Assembly: GCA_051942205.1 (NCBI GenBank)
Contig: JAVECO010000122.1
Coordinates: 1 to 64,000, forward strand
Reading direction: 5' to 3'
DNA: 64,000 nt
Source of the DNA: Coniocarpon cinnabarinum
Taxonomy: Eukaryota
Position numbers and translations under genes: made by a program. The notes under the pieces are model-generated. The model had not been told where the DNA came from and did not search any database. It was given only the letters and a program-made list of their open reading frames with translations. The stretch's first letter is position 1; each line of letters opens with the position of its first letter. This document shows positions 49,337 through 61,680 of this stretch, in pieces.

Positions 49337-51391
49337 AATCGATCTGACTTGTGCTTCGCGTACGGATTGCAAACAATGCGGAGAAGCTCATGATCAAAAA
49401 GGCTAGATCTTCATCATACTGCTGGCGCTAGTTTTTACGCTTTCAGGAAGAGCAAAGTGTTTGGATAACGATACGTAATAGTCCAAGGCTTTGGCGCCCT
49501 TGCGCAGCTTTAGCCAGCCCACACTACCTTTTGTGAGCTCAGTCCCACACCACGCCATCCCATTTACAAAGCTTCGTCAGATGCCCTCGATTCATTACCA
49601 GAACTTGTCAACGTTGAACGAAGTTGTCAGTCTAACGACGTAAAAGCGTCAACATGATCAGCTTGACTGCACTGACCACAGTACGGTCTTGTGAACCGGC
49701 CCCATACTGACAATGGCTTGGCTGGAGCTGTTGTTGCCGGCGAAGCATCGGTGAGGCGTGTACCCGCGGACCGGGAGCTTTGAAGCTCAGAGAGCGACCA
49801 GGAAGTCTACAGAGTAATGTGTGAGAGATGTACGTTCTTGGAAGAATCATCACGTCATTGAATGAAGGTTACGCAAAGGAATGGATGAATGTAAGTTTAT
49901 GTGCCAAACTGAATGGCCAGTCTTCGAGCACATACAAAGATGATATGCAGAAGTTATGATGGATCTATATCAAATGCCAGAACTTGCGTGACTGACGACT
50001 ACATGGCGTGGGGCACGGCTGCAGCTTCTTCAACCCATTGCACGTGTTTTGACCGCTTAAGAGGAGAAAAGGCACCGAAGACTGATGCGAAGGCTTTGCG
50101 TGCTGTCGAACGGAGTCACGTGGATGCCTGTTATGAGCAATGACAGAGTCGTATTCTAACGACTTATTAAACACAAATAGCGCGCTGACGACAGTCTGTC
50201 ACTGTTGGCTCTCCGTCGGACGCGAGGGGCTCTGGCAAAGCAGCAGCAAAGAAAGCGAATTCGGCATCGGTGAGCACAGGTCAGCTGACTGCTAGTTATA
50301 AAGTTCAGCGGGGGATTTGAGCATCCCATAAGATTTACATCGTTGAGCAAAGGCGGGGTACTTCGCAAGCGCTGCACGGCCTTGCGGTTAATTACCAGTC
50401 GGATCGAGCCATCCGTGCCGGTACGGGCTGCAATCGACGTGCGTTACGTTTGATGAGGCTGTATATGGTATGTTGAATCCGTCAAAGCCAGGAAACAGAG
50501 CCATGACAGATTCACATTCCGACAATATACAAAGAACAACATGCTCCACATGTGGGTGCCACGATGGCGTCTACAGCAGCACATGGATGTTGCTACGAGG
50601 GATCGTCACTGATGCTGGGAACATGCACGATCGGCGTCTAGTCACGCGGGTCCAAGCTCGACGCAAGCAGCACCGCCACCAATAGCAGACCTCGAGCCTG
50701 AAACGACCTGCGCCTTCTCCTCACTTCTTCCGAACTAGCCTCCACCCGCTTCCCACCAGATTCACAGCCAAGGATAGTAACACGCATGGTGTCTTCTCTC
50801 TCTCGACTCGGCTCGGCCGCTTGCACAAGACATCACCGCCAGCCCCTGCGCGGTCTGCTCAAAGCCACGCTATCGCCCGCCCCCAACCCGCCCGCCGGGC
50901 ACCCAGCTACAAAGCGAAAGCGTAGCCGGATTTGTATAACGGAGCCTCGAGACTTCGCACTGCTTGCCCAATGGAAGCGCTTCCGCGCCCGCGATTGCCA
51001 CTCACTGCCTCCTCCGTCCACCGCGCGCCATCTAATCTTGGGCCACCTTTGTGCAGCGCTGCGCTTGCGGTCACGCACAGAGCACGCGGTGGACATACAG
51101 GCGCGGCGCTGAAGATTACTCGCCGCGGTGTCTGAGACTGTCGTGGCGGGGCGACGCCGACGTCGTCCTTAGCCTTATGTATCGTTGTCTGCGCTGCCCG
51201 TGATGGGCCTCTGTGCCCCGACCTTCGCGACGTTTATTGGCAACGAGCGGAGCACGTTGGCCCTCTCTTTTACCTTTTCCATTCTTCGCTTCTGTTCTTC
51301 TGTGTTGTTGTTTCGCGGTCGTTGCGAGACCCTTTCTTTGACCTGCTCGGCTGTGCTCGTGGAATCGACGTGACGATCTTCACCGTTCATC

Positions 51392-52390
51392 ATGTTGGGT
51401 AGAAACGTGCTGACCCAGGTCGTGGCCTTGGTGCTGTGTGTTTTGACGCGTGTGGTGGTTGCACAGGGGAATGAATATTTCATGACGCCGCCAGCGACAG
51501 GCGCAGTACATGACTACACCGGAAATAAGGAGTATCAGAATGGCTCGTCCCTTCTGCTCGAGTGGTACAGCGACTTCGCGAGCAACACGCTCTTGATGTT
51601 TCAGAACGATAACGACCATGTCTATGTGGTCTTTGACAGTAAGTCCCCGTGATGGCGGCCCTCCGACAGACCTCAACCCGAAATCTCGCAGTGGGAGTGG
51701 GAGCAGCAAGAGCTGACCGCTTAACTCAATAGGCAAGGGCCCAGGCCAGCTCACGTACAACTGGACCGTCGGCTTCCCCAACCGCGAACCAAGCTTACCC
51801 AATATCTACTTCTTCCGCATGACCACGCCGAGCGACTCCAGTCAAGTATTCAGTTCACATTACTTCAACATCACCGGCGACGCACCTCCGCAAGCGAACG
51901 ACTCCTCGGATGATGGCAATCAAGGAGCCAGTAGCAGCACAAACAGCCACAACGATCAAAATGGTAATTCCACGAGTGGAGCAGGAGGGAACAACGGCTC
52001 CAACGATTCGTCCAGTGGCCTCAGCAGTGGCGCCAAGGCGGGCATCGGCGTCGGCGTCGCAGTCGGAGCTGTAGCCATTATTGCCCTCGCAGGCGCCATG
52101 TACTGGGTAAGCGATGGAGATCCCCGAAAGCTTGCGGAACGCACAATACTGACTGCACCTCCCAGTACAAGAAGAAGGCGAGTCGCGTACATCACGAAAA
52201 CAACCTGGGCATGGCGGGTTTCTTCGGCGATCGCAAGACCGGATCTGTTGGCAGTGGGGCGACCAGCGACCAGTTGCCGCAATACCACGCCCCGCCTGCA
52301 GAAATGGACAATTCGGGTGCGAAGACAGAAATGGCGGATACGTCCGTGCCGAAGAGGGATACGACAGCGCCGACGGAGATGCCGGCGTAG
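51392..52390 (+). CDS. Secreted single-pass membrane protein (Mid2-like architecture)
   Basis: Signal peptide, small ectodomain, Ser/Asn/Gly linker, GLSSGAKAGIGVGVAVG TM, cytoplasmic EM/EMP repeats; introns 51639-51732 and 52107-52165. Confidence 0.8.
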
Positions 52391-52533
52391 ACGTAGATGG
52401 GGAGAAAAAGAGGGGGGCTATTTGTACGCTTTGGAATGTTGCAAAAAAGGAAGCCGAGTATTTGAATATGAGATGAACACGCAGAGCGATCCCACGCTTT
52501 TCGATTCGATTCATCGCGCATATTAGTCATGTT

Positions 52534-54027
52534 TCATTCGTCGTGGTGAGATCTGAAACACATAGACGCGTTGGTGCCCCCAAAGCCGAAGCTATTTGTA
52601 AGCGCGATGGAGGGTTTCTCATCTAATCGCGCTGCAGTCACGTAGTCCAGATCCCAACCTTGCACTCCGGTTCCACCCTGGTCAATACCAGCTTCCGGAT
52701 CATTGTTCACAGAGGGTCCCGGTGACTCGAGATTGAGAGTGGGAGGTATCCCTCCATGGTGCATTGACAGCAATGTGAATATCGCTTCGACAGCTCCTGC
52801 CGCTCCGAGCAGGTGACCTGTAGCGCCTTTCGTACTACTGACTGGGACACGGGGCCGGTCGTGGGACATTGCTTGCAAGATATCGCTGATTGCGCGGTTC
52901 TCGGCGGCGTCGCCTACGCTTGTACCTGTCGCGTGAGCATTGATATACTCCAAGAAGTCAGGAGACCCGGGTCCAGCATCCTCTTGGTCTTCTTGCGGCA
53001 ATTTGAGATGAAGTGACCGTTTCAAACCGTGCAGGGCGCGCTCCATGGCCAGGCGCGCACCTTTGCCGTCTCCAGGCGGTGCCGTCATGTGACTCGCATC
53101 GCAACTCATGCCTGCGCCGACAAGCTCTCCATAGATCGTAGCCCCCCTCTCTAACGCTCTTTCGCGCTCTTCAAGAACGACTACGCCTGCGCCCTCGCCA
53201 ATCACGAAACCATCGCGTTGACGGTCGAATGGCCTCGACGCCCTTTCAGGGTTGTCATTGTAACTCGTGCTGAGGCTTCTTGCTCTGCCGAAGCCGCTGA
53301 TTGCGAGCGGATAGACACACGCTTCGCTCGCGCCGGCTACCACGACATCAGTCATGTTTCCTGCTCCGAAACCGTCAATTGCAGGATTTTGTATAAGCTG
53401 GGCGCCCTCGATGATGGCGTGTAACCCTGTCGTACACGCCGTGGTGGGTGCCAGATTTGCGCCCTGGAAACCATGTCGCATGGCGATATGGCCAGCAGCC
53501 ATGTTGATCAACAAGCGTGGCACATAAAGAGGTCGCGTCTTATGATGACCGTGTCTCTCAAACGCAACGCTCGTGTCGTGCTGATCCTCGAGGTTTCCAA
53601 TTCCCGATCCGATAACGACCGCAGCACTTTCTCTTACAAATTGTGACATTCGTGTCATGACGTCCGAGTCTTTCAGGGCTTCTTCAGCTGCAGCGACTGC
53701 ATACTGCGAGAAGAGCGCCATGTTGCGCTCGTCATCCTTGGAGAGGTGGTCGCGAGGGTCCCAGCCTCCATGCTGGATTGATCCTCGCGGGACGGTACCG
53801 GCGACGCGGGAGGGGAGCGTGTCGAACGCTGAGGGTTTATCGCTTACTGTTGAGCGAATGCCTGTGTGGCCGGCTAAGAGTCGTGGCCAGGCATGCTTGA
53901 CACCTAATCGAGTTCCATCAGAGGTGATTCACGTTTCGAGGACTCGAGTGGCTTGCTACTCACCAACTCCCAGAGGTGCGACCAGTCCAACGCCAGTGAC
54001 GACGACCCGACGAAGCGCGGTACGCAT
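52534..54027 (-). CDS. CEM1: Mitochondrial 3-oxoacyl-ACP synthase (FabF-like)
   Basis: RRVVVTG.G...PLG, TTACTTG, SRPFD..RDGFVIGEGAG, NAHATGT, GHLLGAAG, NSFGFGGTN; intron 53963-53904. Confidence 0.93.
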
Positions 54028-54394
54028 GTCATTGTCGTGCTTGAAGATGAAACTGCTGGTTGAATGCATGTGAATGACTATTCAGATGTGAAACAGCAGT
54101 CCGTGCACTGTCGGGATATCTCCGGCCGACAGGTTTTATATCGATTCTTAGTCGTACTCGCTCTTCCCTGACTAACCTTCTCTACAAAACCACCAACTTC
54201 TCAACCCTCTTCATAAGTGGTTCAGCCAAAAAATTGAGCACGGAAAGAGTCTGCTGGCATACCAATTTCCGACATACCTGCTGTTTACCACAGCCCCTGA
54301 TTGCCAGCTGCGCTGCAATCCCAACAGAACTAATAGACTCAAGCTTTGCCACTCTTGGGACTTCTTATGCAAGATTCAGCAAACAACCATCAAT

Positions 54395-56242
54395 ATGGTC
54401 GAAACAGATGATGAAGCCGCCGAGGAGCTCTCCTCCATCCAGGCCATCTTCCCAGAACTCGTGCAAGACTCGGCAAACCCCCGCCATGCTTGTCTCGACC
54501 TCGAAGTCTGCCCGTCTACACCTATTGAAATCACATTTAAATCGACATTTGACCTAGACTCAGTAAAGTCTATCACGATTCACGACCAAGCACAAGATAC
54601 CCACGACGAAGGCAACGAACCTCATGATAACGGAACGGAAATTGCCCAGCCTCATAAATTTACTCATCTTCCTGCATTGCATGTTGACATAGAACTTCCT
54701 CCAGGCTATCCTGAAGGTGCACCTCCTGTTTTTCGACTCAGCTCTCAGCACGATTGGATCCCCTCCGCAGTCTTGAATGACCTCCAGGCCAAAGCTTCAG
54801 AGCTTTGGGAAGAATACGGCCATGCTCAGGTCGTCTTCGCCTACATTGACTTTCTCCAGACGTCCATCGAGTCGTCTTCCTTCCGGTCTTCGCCACCCCT
54901 AACACTTTCAACGACGCTGGAGAACGTCTTACTCACTCATCAGAACCAAGCTCTTGACGCCAAGTTTGCTGCTCAAATCTACGATTGTGGCGTCTGCCTC
55001 TACCCGAAAAAGGGCTCATCTTGCCATGCAATGCGTGGGTGCGGTCACGTGTTCTGCAAGGAATGTCTACAAGACTTTTACAACAACGCTATTACCGAGG
55101 GCTCTGTAGAGACGGTCCAATGCCTGGATCCAGATTGCGGCAAGGATATCAAGTTGCGCCCGAAGCCGGTGCATCCGACGGAACTTCTTGACATCGGCAT
55201 TGTTCGCGAACAAGTTCAACGTCATGTTGATCTCAAGCTGAAGAAAATGCTTGACATTGACAAGAGTATCGTCTTCTGTCCTCGCCAGTGGTGTCAAGGT
55301 CCTGCACAATCTGCCAAATACAAAGCCTACGACACTAAAGATCTTGAGCACTGGCCAGAAGAGGACCTGGACAGCACTGCCGCCGTCGCCGAAGACACAG
55401 TTGCGTCTAAAGACTCTCTCACAGCGAAAGAAAAACGCCAGGCTGAACTGAGTGACCGCCTTCGCATCTGTTCCAAATGCAGCTATGCCTTCTGTCAAAC
55501 CTGCAACAAGTCCTGGCACGGCGACTACGTCTCCTGCGTCCCACCACGAGCACCCGGCTCCGAAGACCTCAGCGCCGAAGACAAGGCCTCCCTAGAGTTC
55601 ATTCGCTTGAACACCTCACCATGCCCCTCATGCTCGACACCAACACAGAAGCAAATGGGTTGCAATCACATGATCTGCGGACAATGTGAGACGCATTTCT
55701 GCTATCTCTGCAGCTCTTGGCTTAACCCGGGTAATCCATACGAACACTTCAACAACCGCAAGTCAAGCTGTCACATGCGGCTCTTTGAGCTCGAAGAAGG
55801 TGACCAAGGACAAGGCGGTGCCGTCTTCGCTGGTGTTCGAGCAGCGGAACAAGCATACCTTGACGAAGTTATTGCGGCTGCCGTCGCGGAGGAGGATGAC
55901 GAAGACGAACCCGTGCTTCTCCCGGCCCAAGCCGCTCCCCTCCACCCCGTCGCTCCTCCGCCTAACAATCGCGCGCACGCCAACCGCGGCGCTGGCCGTC
56001 GCAACCGCGCTCGTCGACACATGGGAGACCGTGAGACGCGTAACGGAGCCAATAATCGCGCCAACAACCGCGCCGCCAATCATGCCGCTGATGATGCGCT
56101 TCCACTCCAGCTCAACGACGACGCTATCGATCGTGAGGCACTGCAGCGTTTTCTCGTCATGGCCGCGGCGGATGAAGAAGATGGCTGGGATAGTGACGAG
56201 TTGGAGATGCATGTGCCTGTGGGACGGCGGGTGGCTGTGTGA
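54395..56242 (+). CDS. RWD-domain RBR E3 ubiquitin ligase (RNF14/Itt1-like)
   Basis: N-terminal EEL..I..IFP and LPPGYP (RWD), RING1, IBR and RING2 (CPSC...GCNHMIC..C..HFCYLC). Confidence 0.92.
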   Translation: MVETDDEAAEELSSIQAIFPELVQDSANPRHACLDLEVCPSTPIEITFKSTFDLDSVKSITIHDQAQDTHDEGNEPHDNGTEIAQPHKFTHLPALHVDIELPPGYPEGAPPVFRLSSQHDWIPSAVLNDLQAKASELWEEYGHAQVVFAYIDFLQTSIESSSFRSSPPLTLSTTLENVLLTHQNQALDAKFAAQIYDCGVCLYPKKGSSCHAMRGCGHVFCKECLQDFYNNAITEGSVETVQCLDPDCGKDIKLRPKPVHPTELLDIGIVREQVQRHVDLKLKKMLDIDKSIVFCPRQWCQGPAQSAKYKAYDTKDLEHWPEEDLDSTAAVAEDTVASKDSLTAKEKRQAELSDRLRICSKCSYAFCQTCNKSWHGDYVSCVPPRAPGSEDLSAEDKASLEFIRLNTSPCPSCSTPTQKQMGCNHMICGQCETHFCYLCSSWLNPGNPYEHFNNRKSSCHMRLFELEEGDQGQGGAVFAGVRAAEQAYLDEVIAAAVAEEDDEDEPVLLPAQAAPLHPVAPPPNNRAHANRGAGRRNRARRHMGDRETRNGANNRANNRAANHAADDALPLQLNDDAIDREALQRFLVMAAADEEDGWDSDELEMHVPVGRRVAV

Positions 56243-56895
56243 TGAGGCGACGCTTAAAAGCTTGCCGGCGGGGCTTGTGTCCTATATACCTACCAGTACG
56301 AAGATATTGAATCGATGCATTCACCCAAATATTGCCGTACTTGTTGAGTGGCTCCGCTCTCCGCTTTTCATTTGCCCTTCTCGCTAAGGGTAGAGTTGAA
56401 TCAATGATACAATTTAGAAATCCGAGCTTTAATCAGGTTTGGACGAAACAATTATCAGGTCGGGTGTCTATGCTTTCCAGTCGTGAATGGCAATGCGTTA
56501 TGGAATCCTATGAACTTAGGACCATCATACTCTCATACAGCGAGACCTAACAAAATCGGAAAAGAATTCGTCCATCGTACACAATGCTACAAATTTGATC
56601 TGCGCTACAAGCCAACATTACAAAGCCGTATCAATCGCGGTATGAAAATTTAAAAAGGCTCGCTTGCCAATTGTTCAAATTGATCTATTTGCATATGCTC
56701 ACAGGGGTATCTGATCTACATCCAGCTCATCCAAGACTATACAACATACAAGCTAGCCTGATCATCCTCACGCGAGGCCACTAATACTGTACAGCTTTTC
56801 CCTTCATATTTGTACATAGTAACGCTCTTCTGTGACGCTCTCCCACAACGCGTGCAGAATCCCGAAGCAAACGTTCCTTTCGCGCAAGCAGCCCT

Positions 56896-58314
56896 TCAAA
56901 ACAGCAACGGCCACCGCCGCATAAAAGCCGCCACGTTGTCCCACCTCCTCAACTCCTCCAGATACTGAGTCACCGTCCCTAGCACCACTCCCGCACCGTC
57001 ATTCTCCTCATGCATTCTGGCGCGACCCTTGAACTCCGGCACCTCGACCAGATTGAACGCTTGTTTCCTTGCCTTCCTCGCCGAATCATCGATCAACACC
57101 GTATTTCCCACGCCCCAACTCCACCCGCTCGCCGTCCAGGGATGGCGCGCTTGCAGACCGCGATCATACCACACTTGGTCCAAATCCTTGACGGTGTCAA
57201 CTTTCCGATTGTAGTCCCGTGCTGATAAGCCGAAAGTGTCGCGCCCCCAACTGGCCGCCAATTTCGGACGCCACGTCACGTCCGTTAGAATACTATCAAG
57301 CATGTGCTCCAAAGACGGCGGAGTGGCGGTAGTCCAAAACATAACGACGTGGTTGGCGAAGCAGTAGTCGAGAAAATGACGCAAGCCGGGGCGGTGAGAG
57401 ACTGATTTCTTGTTGGAGCCGTGGCGATCCAGAAGGGTGCCGTTGAGATCCAAGACGATGAGGAGAGGTTGACGGACCGGAAGGAGGGTCGGGGCGGGAT
57501 TGGTGAGGGCGAGGTAGGCAGTGGCGTAGTTTTTTTCGGGACCTTCGAAGGCTTGGGAGGGATTCGAGGTCTGAGGCCAGGCGAGTGTGGGTTGTTGGTG
57601 TTGGAATTGCGCTTGGGGTGGTACGCAGTGGAATGGTTGCGTTGGCTGTTTTGGCTGCGTTGGCGGGGCTGGTTGAAATGGGTGGAATGGCTGGGCTTGA
57701 GGGTTGAAGAATGGTTGAGGTTGGGATTGCGCTTGCCATTGGCCATATGGCTGCGGTGGCCCGACTTGATTCATCAACACATTGTGGTAGAAGTTCGGGT
57801 CGACATTAGGCGGGGCAAAAGTGAGGTTCTGTCGGTTGTTCTGATATGCAGCGTCCTGGCCCATGAAGCCGTTTGGGCCATTGTGTCTCCCCGGATGATG
57901 CCATTGGTGTTGAGACCAGCCATATGACGGATCCATCGTTGAGCCTTCCTCTTCTGTTATGTCTGCCGCGTTGTTTGTTGTTTTTTCTTGCAAACGCGAA
58001 GATTCATCGTGTGTAGACTTTTTTGCATGTGATGCCTTCTTGCGATGTCGCTTACGCTTGCCCTTTGCAGGTTTGCTGGGCTCGCCCTCTGGTAGGCATT
58101 CTTTCAAATCTGCCACGTCAAAAGCCGCCACATTTGAGTCTTGCCTGTCACCTTTCGAGCTCATCGATCGGATGAATGGGTTGAGTAGGTCACCGGTTGT
58201 GCGTGTGGAGCGTGAACGTAGGATGTGCGTGAAAGGTTTGTGGATGTGGGAGCTGCAAGTTGCGGAACGCAACGAGTCTAGACGCATATATTTTTGTAGC
58301 CATTGTGGCATCAA
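56896..58314 (-). CDS. NIF/FCP1-like HAD phosphatase-domain protein (start uncertain)
   Basis: IVLDLNGTL, RPGL..FL, W.R..FGL, KDL..VW, NTVLIDDS..KA; Gln/Pro-rich N-terminal region. Confidence 0.85.
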   Translation of the reverse strand: MMPQWLQKYMRLDSLRSATCSSHIHKPFTHILRSRSTRTTGDLLNPFIRSMSSKGDRQDSNVAAFDVADLKECLPEGEPSKPAKGKRKRHRKKASHAKKSTHDESSRLQEKTTNNAADITEEEGSTMDPSYGWSQHQWHHPGRHNGPNGFMGQDAAYQNNRQNLTFAPPNVDPNFYHNVLMNQVGPPQPYGQWQAQSQPQPFFNPQAQPFHPFQPAPPTQPKQPTQPFHCVPPQAQFQHQQPTLAWPQTSNPSQAFEGPEKNYATAYLALTNPAPTLLPVRQPLLIVLDLNGTLLDRHGSNKKSVSHRPGLRHFLDYCFANHVVMFWTTATPPSLEHMLDSILTDVTWRPKLAASWGRDTFGLSARDYNRKVDTVKDLDQVWYDRGLQARHPWTASGWSWGVGNTVLIDDSARKARKQAFNLVEVPEFKGRARMHEENDGAGVVLGTVTQYLEELRRWDNVAAFMRRWPLLF

Positions 58315-58867
58315 ACGAGGTGCCTTATGGGGTGTGGCGAAGTTCAGGTAGTTGCCAATTTTTTTTTAGCAAAAGTGATTGAATGCCAAGACCTTCGGTG
58401 GCGTCGAAACGCTAGCCTTTTTCAGTTCTCCCAGCTTCTTGTCTTACCTATCACTCGTCCGCTGGTGTATTTGTGTCAGGCACATTCTGAAGATGATGCT
58501 GACTCACTCATACCCATGTTAACATCATTGATGTGCTGAACAGCTGAGCCATAGCTCATGCGTGAGCTAATGAAGCGATCAGTGGTTCGTTTTGTGAGCC
58601 GCCAACCAGGCGGCGCTTGCCAACAGCATGCTTTCTTCCTGCTAGCTGCATGAGCTTGACGCGCAAGAAAACAACATGCATATGCGCTAATGCAGAATGC
58701 CATCAAGCATGACATTGAGGACTGTTCTTCGCCGTAAGCCTCGTTCATTTGTCAAGCAGAGGTCACCTTCATCAACCTTCACAGTCTCCTCTTCCAATGA
58801 CGTTACCTATACCGATTTCATCGTCCATTGATGATAACAAGCTAGTTGACGAAGGCGAAGATTCCCA

Positions 58868-59884
58868 ATGTCACTAACTCATGACAAGATCTGGCCAACA
58901 GCCTCCACGTGGCTGATGAAAGATACAGCCGAGTTTTTTGGTATAGATAAAGAAAATGCAGAGGCGATTACAGACACTGCCGGGGACTGGTGGCTTAAAG
59001 AAGTAGACCCTGACAATCCATATTACATGACACTAGGGAAGGAGGATCCTCTATCGCAGAAAGAACAATCGGCACAAAAGATCATCGAGAAGCTCCGCAA
59101 ACACGATGTTCTGCAGCCTGATCTGCAGTCACATATTAACGAGCCTAATACTATTCGGGATGCTCTTCGAGGTGTTCTTTATCGCAGCATTGTGCGCGTG
59201 AAGAAAAAGCGACTAAAAATCAGCAAACCTGCACCAGAGCATCGCTCAAAATCACAGGGAAACCAACAAATTGCTAATCCCCATGAACGAGATTCTTCAA
59301 AACCGCAACAGGACCCAGAGCGAGTATTGCAGCAGGAAGACGCTCACGTTAGAGGGAAGAGTCACCTATCCACGTCCGATGATTCCTCTGATGGACCTCC
59401 CATTTCTTACCGTCGTGTAAGGCACAAAATTAGCTCTGATTCCACAGATTCATCGAGCAAGCAAGCTGGAAAGCGAAAGCACAGTTCCCCAACTTCTGAC
59501 GCGCCTAGCAAGCGAGTAAAATCGCGCAGCAGCAGTGGCGTTGATGATGTTAGCAAAGAATCCGTCGAGGCTGCGACAAGGGCGGTGTTGCGCAGATCTG
59601 AACTTCGCAAAGACACATCAGCTGGCTCATCCTTGAGAATTAAGGCCTGTTCATCAAAGACGACTCCGCAACCATCAGAACCACGAAGTTATGGACGAGA
59701 TAACGGTGGCCAGCTAGACATATTTGCCATCCTCAAGCGTACGAAAGCCTTGCAAGAGATGCTCGAAGCTATACGCGAAGATTTCGGCGAGTCGAATATG
59801 TGGCACATTCATGACCATGTAGTTGGCGCGATTCGAGAAGGAAAAGTCGGCGAACGCAATGCTGTGACAAAGGACTTGAAGTAG
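58868..59884 (+). CDS. Hypothetical protein, 338 aa
   Basis: Long intact ORF, basic NLS-like patches, C-terminal motif shared with the next gene. Confidence 0.7.
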   Translation: MSLTHDKIWPTASTWLMKDTAEFFGIDKENAEAITDTAGDWWLKEVDPDNPYYMTLGKEDPLSQKEQSAQKIIEKLRKHDVLQPDLQSHINEPNTIRDALRGVLYRSIVRVKKKRLKISKPAPEHRSKSQGNQQIANPHERDSSKPQQDPERVLQQEDAHVRGKSHLSTSDDSSDGPPISYRRVRHKISSDSTDSSSKQAGKRKHSSPTSDAPSKRVKSRSSSGVDDVSKESVEAATRAVLRRSELRKDTSAGSSLRIKACSSKTTPQPSEPRSYGRDNGGQLDIFAILKRTKALQEMLEAIREDFGESNMWHIHDHVVGAIREGKVGERNAVTKDLK

Positions 59885-60663
59885 AGCAAGAAGAGCTCAA
59901 AAGCAGATAGATGGTCTGAGCTGATTTTCTATCAGTGGAAACCCATATTTTCCAACTAGGCTTCCGATGGAGTTCGGGCCAGGCAGGATGAGCATCCGAG
60001 AAGCGATTGATGCGGCAGCATCACAACGCGATGACATCTTCGCTGTGGAAAGTGACAATATTGTCCGATTCTCCCTAAGCTAGTGCTCGCACACAGCAAG
60101 CAAGCATATCATAAGGCGTAAGGGGCTACACTATCATATCAAAGACTTTGTAACCCGAACTCGCTGAAATTCGGAAACGAGATGTGCAGCAATGTCACGT
60201 GACTTTTAATTGCAAGCTTGTTTTAGATCATACTACGGTCAGTACTTCCTTGCTTTATCTCCAACCTCTGAAGGACTGCGTTTCCTCTGCTTCGTCGCTT
60301 GTCCGGCAAAACCCGCGCGATGCACAGCTTGCGAGCGTCGCCAACAGCTTGTTCCCGCTCAGTGTATGACTCATCCAGCGCGATAGGAGCGATAAGTGAT
60401 ATGACTTCGTGCATGCATCAACAGGGGCCACCTTGGAAGTGAAGAGAGCTGGGATGTAGACTGCACCTTACCCCTGCCATCCCTTTTTTGAGAAGCTACG
60501 CGAGGCCGACGCGCGTGGCGTCATCAGTAAGCAAGCGCGTTCATGCACTCTGACTTTCACCACACCATCAGAAGTCGCTCCCTGAAGTAGATTCAATTGA
60601 TCTCTCAAATTACGTTTCGCCCAACATTCCGTCAGCGCATAAGAAACAGCGTTTTCAATCAAC

Positions 60664-61680
60664 ATGACGGATTCCCCATACGTAGCAGAGACAAGTCCGC
60701 TCCCTGGTGCGCGTGAGGTTTCAGGCCTTCGCTGCGTCAGATGCACTAAGAAGCACATTGGCTGTGACCGTCTCATGGGACGATCGCCGTGTGGGCCTTG
60801 TGAGAAGGCGAACGCAGAGTGTACACCCAGAGAAAGACCCTCAAAATACACATCCTTCTCTCACGTGCGAGATTCTCCCGAGCCGCAACGGAATCCGCAA
60901 GGGTTATCACCCCAGGCAAATGCTAGGATCAATTCCGCGACCGAATTACCAGCTGCACTCCCGTTTATGAGAAATGTTCCGAAAGAAACCGTATTTAGGG
61001 ATCAGAATATGGCTCCACGCAACGATGAAGCGTCGACTTTTACTCCCCAAACGCACCTCGCCCGAGAAGTAGACGCCATCTCTACGTCGGGTGATGATTC
61101 TGACACGCCCTCATTTTCAGAACGCATAGTGAAACGTAAACGTAACCATGGAAAAGCTGTGCATGAGGACGTGAACGCCAGCGAGCCAGTCAGCAAAAGC
61201 CAAAAGACATCCAGAAACGATCGAGCGAGCTCGAATGACATATCCAGATGCATTCACGGTAATATTGGCCCTACTATAGAAGTGCGTTCCAATCCGATTC
61301 AAGCCCCGCACCTATCATCGGAGGACACTACTGGTATCAGGGACTTTCAAGACGATGTTCTATGGCAAGCATTCCGTGGAGGTTCCAGCTTTGGAGCTAT
61401 GGGCCCCTCGCCTGTCGAAACTCCGCAAACACCAAAGCCGCCTTCTCGTAGCGGGGACAGTCATGACATGGTGCGCGTATTGAACGTCATGACATACGAA
61501 GAAGCTCAACCACACGAAGAAGCTCTACAAAACGTACTGGAGTCCATACGCGCGAAGTTTGGCGATCGTAATATGTGGGCTATTCACAGGAAGGTGACAA
61601 GATCAATGGAGCGTAGTCAAAACAACGAAGGTAGAGGTGGCCAGTGCAGCGCTTCAGACAAAAGAGATGGTTCGATGTAA
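60664..61680 (+). CDS. Zn2Cys6 binuclear cluster protein, 338 aa
   Basis: CVRCTKKHIGCDRLMGRSPCGPCEKANAEC = C-x2-C-x6-C-x7-C-x2-C-x6-C; no middle homology region apparent. Confidence 0.8.
   Translation: MTDSPYVAETSPLPGAREVSGLRCVRCTKKHIGCDRLMGRSPCGPCEKANAECTPRERPSKYTSFSHVRDSPEPQRNPQGLSPQANARINSATELPAALPFMRNVPKETVFRDQNMAPRNDEASTFTPQTHLAREVDAISTSGDDSDTPSFSERIVKRKRNHGKAVHEDVNASEPVSKSQKTSRNDRASSNDISRCIHGNIGPTIEVRSNPIQAPHLSSEDTTGIRDFQDDVLWQAFRGGSSFGAMGPSPVETPQTPKPPSRSGDSHDMVRVLNVMTYEEAQPHEEALQNVLESIRAKFGDRNMWAIHRKVTRSMERSQNNEGRGGQCSASDKRDGSM

Noticed and set aside
52534..54027. Ketosynthase as a possible PKS core for the cluster
   Set aside because: Stand-alone FabF-type mitochondrial CEM1, ~16 kb away among housekeeping genes.
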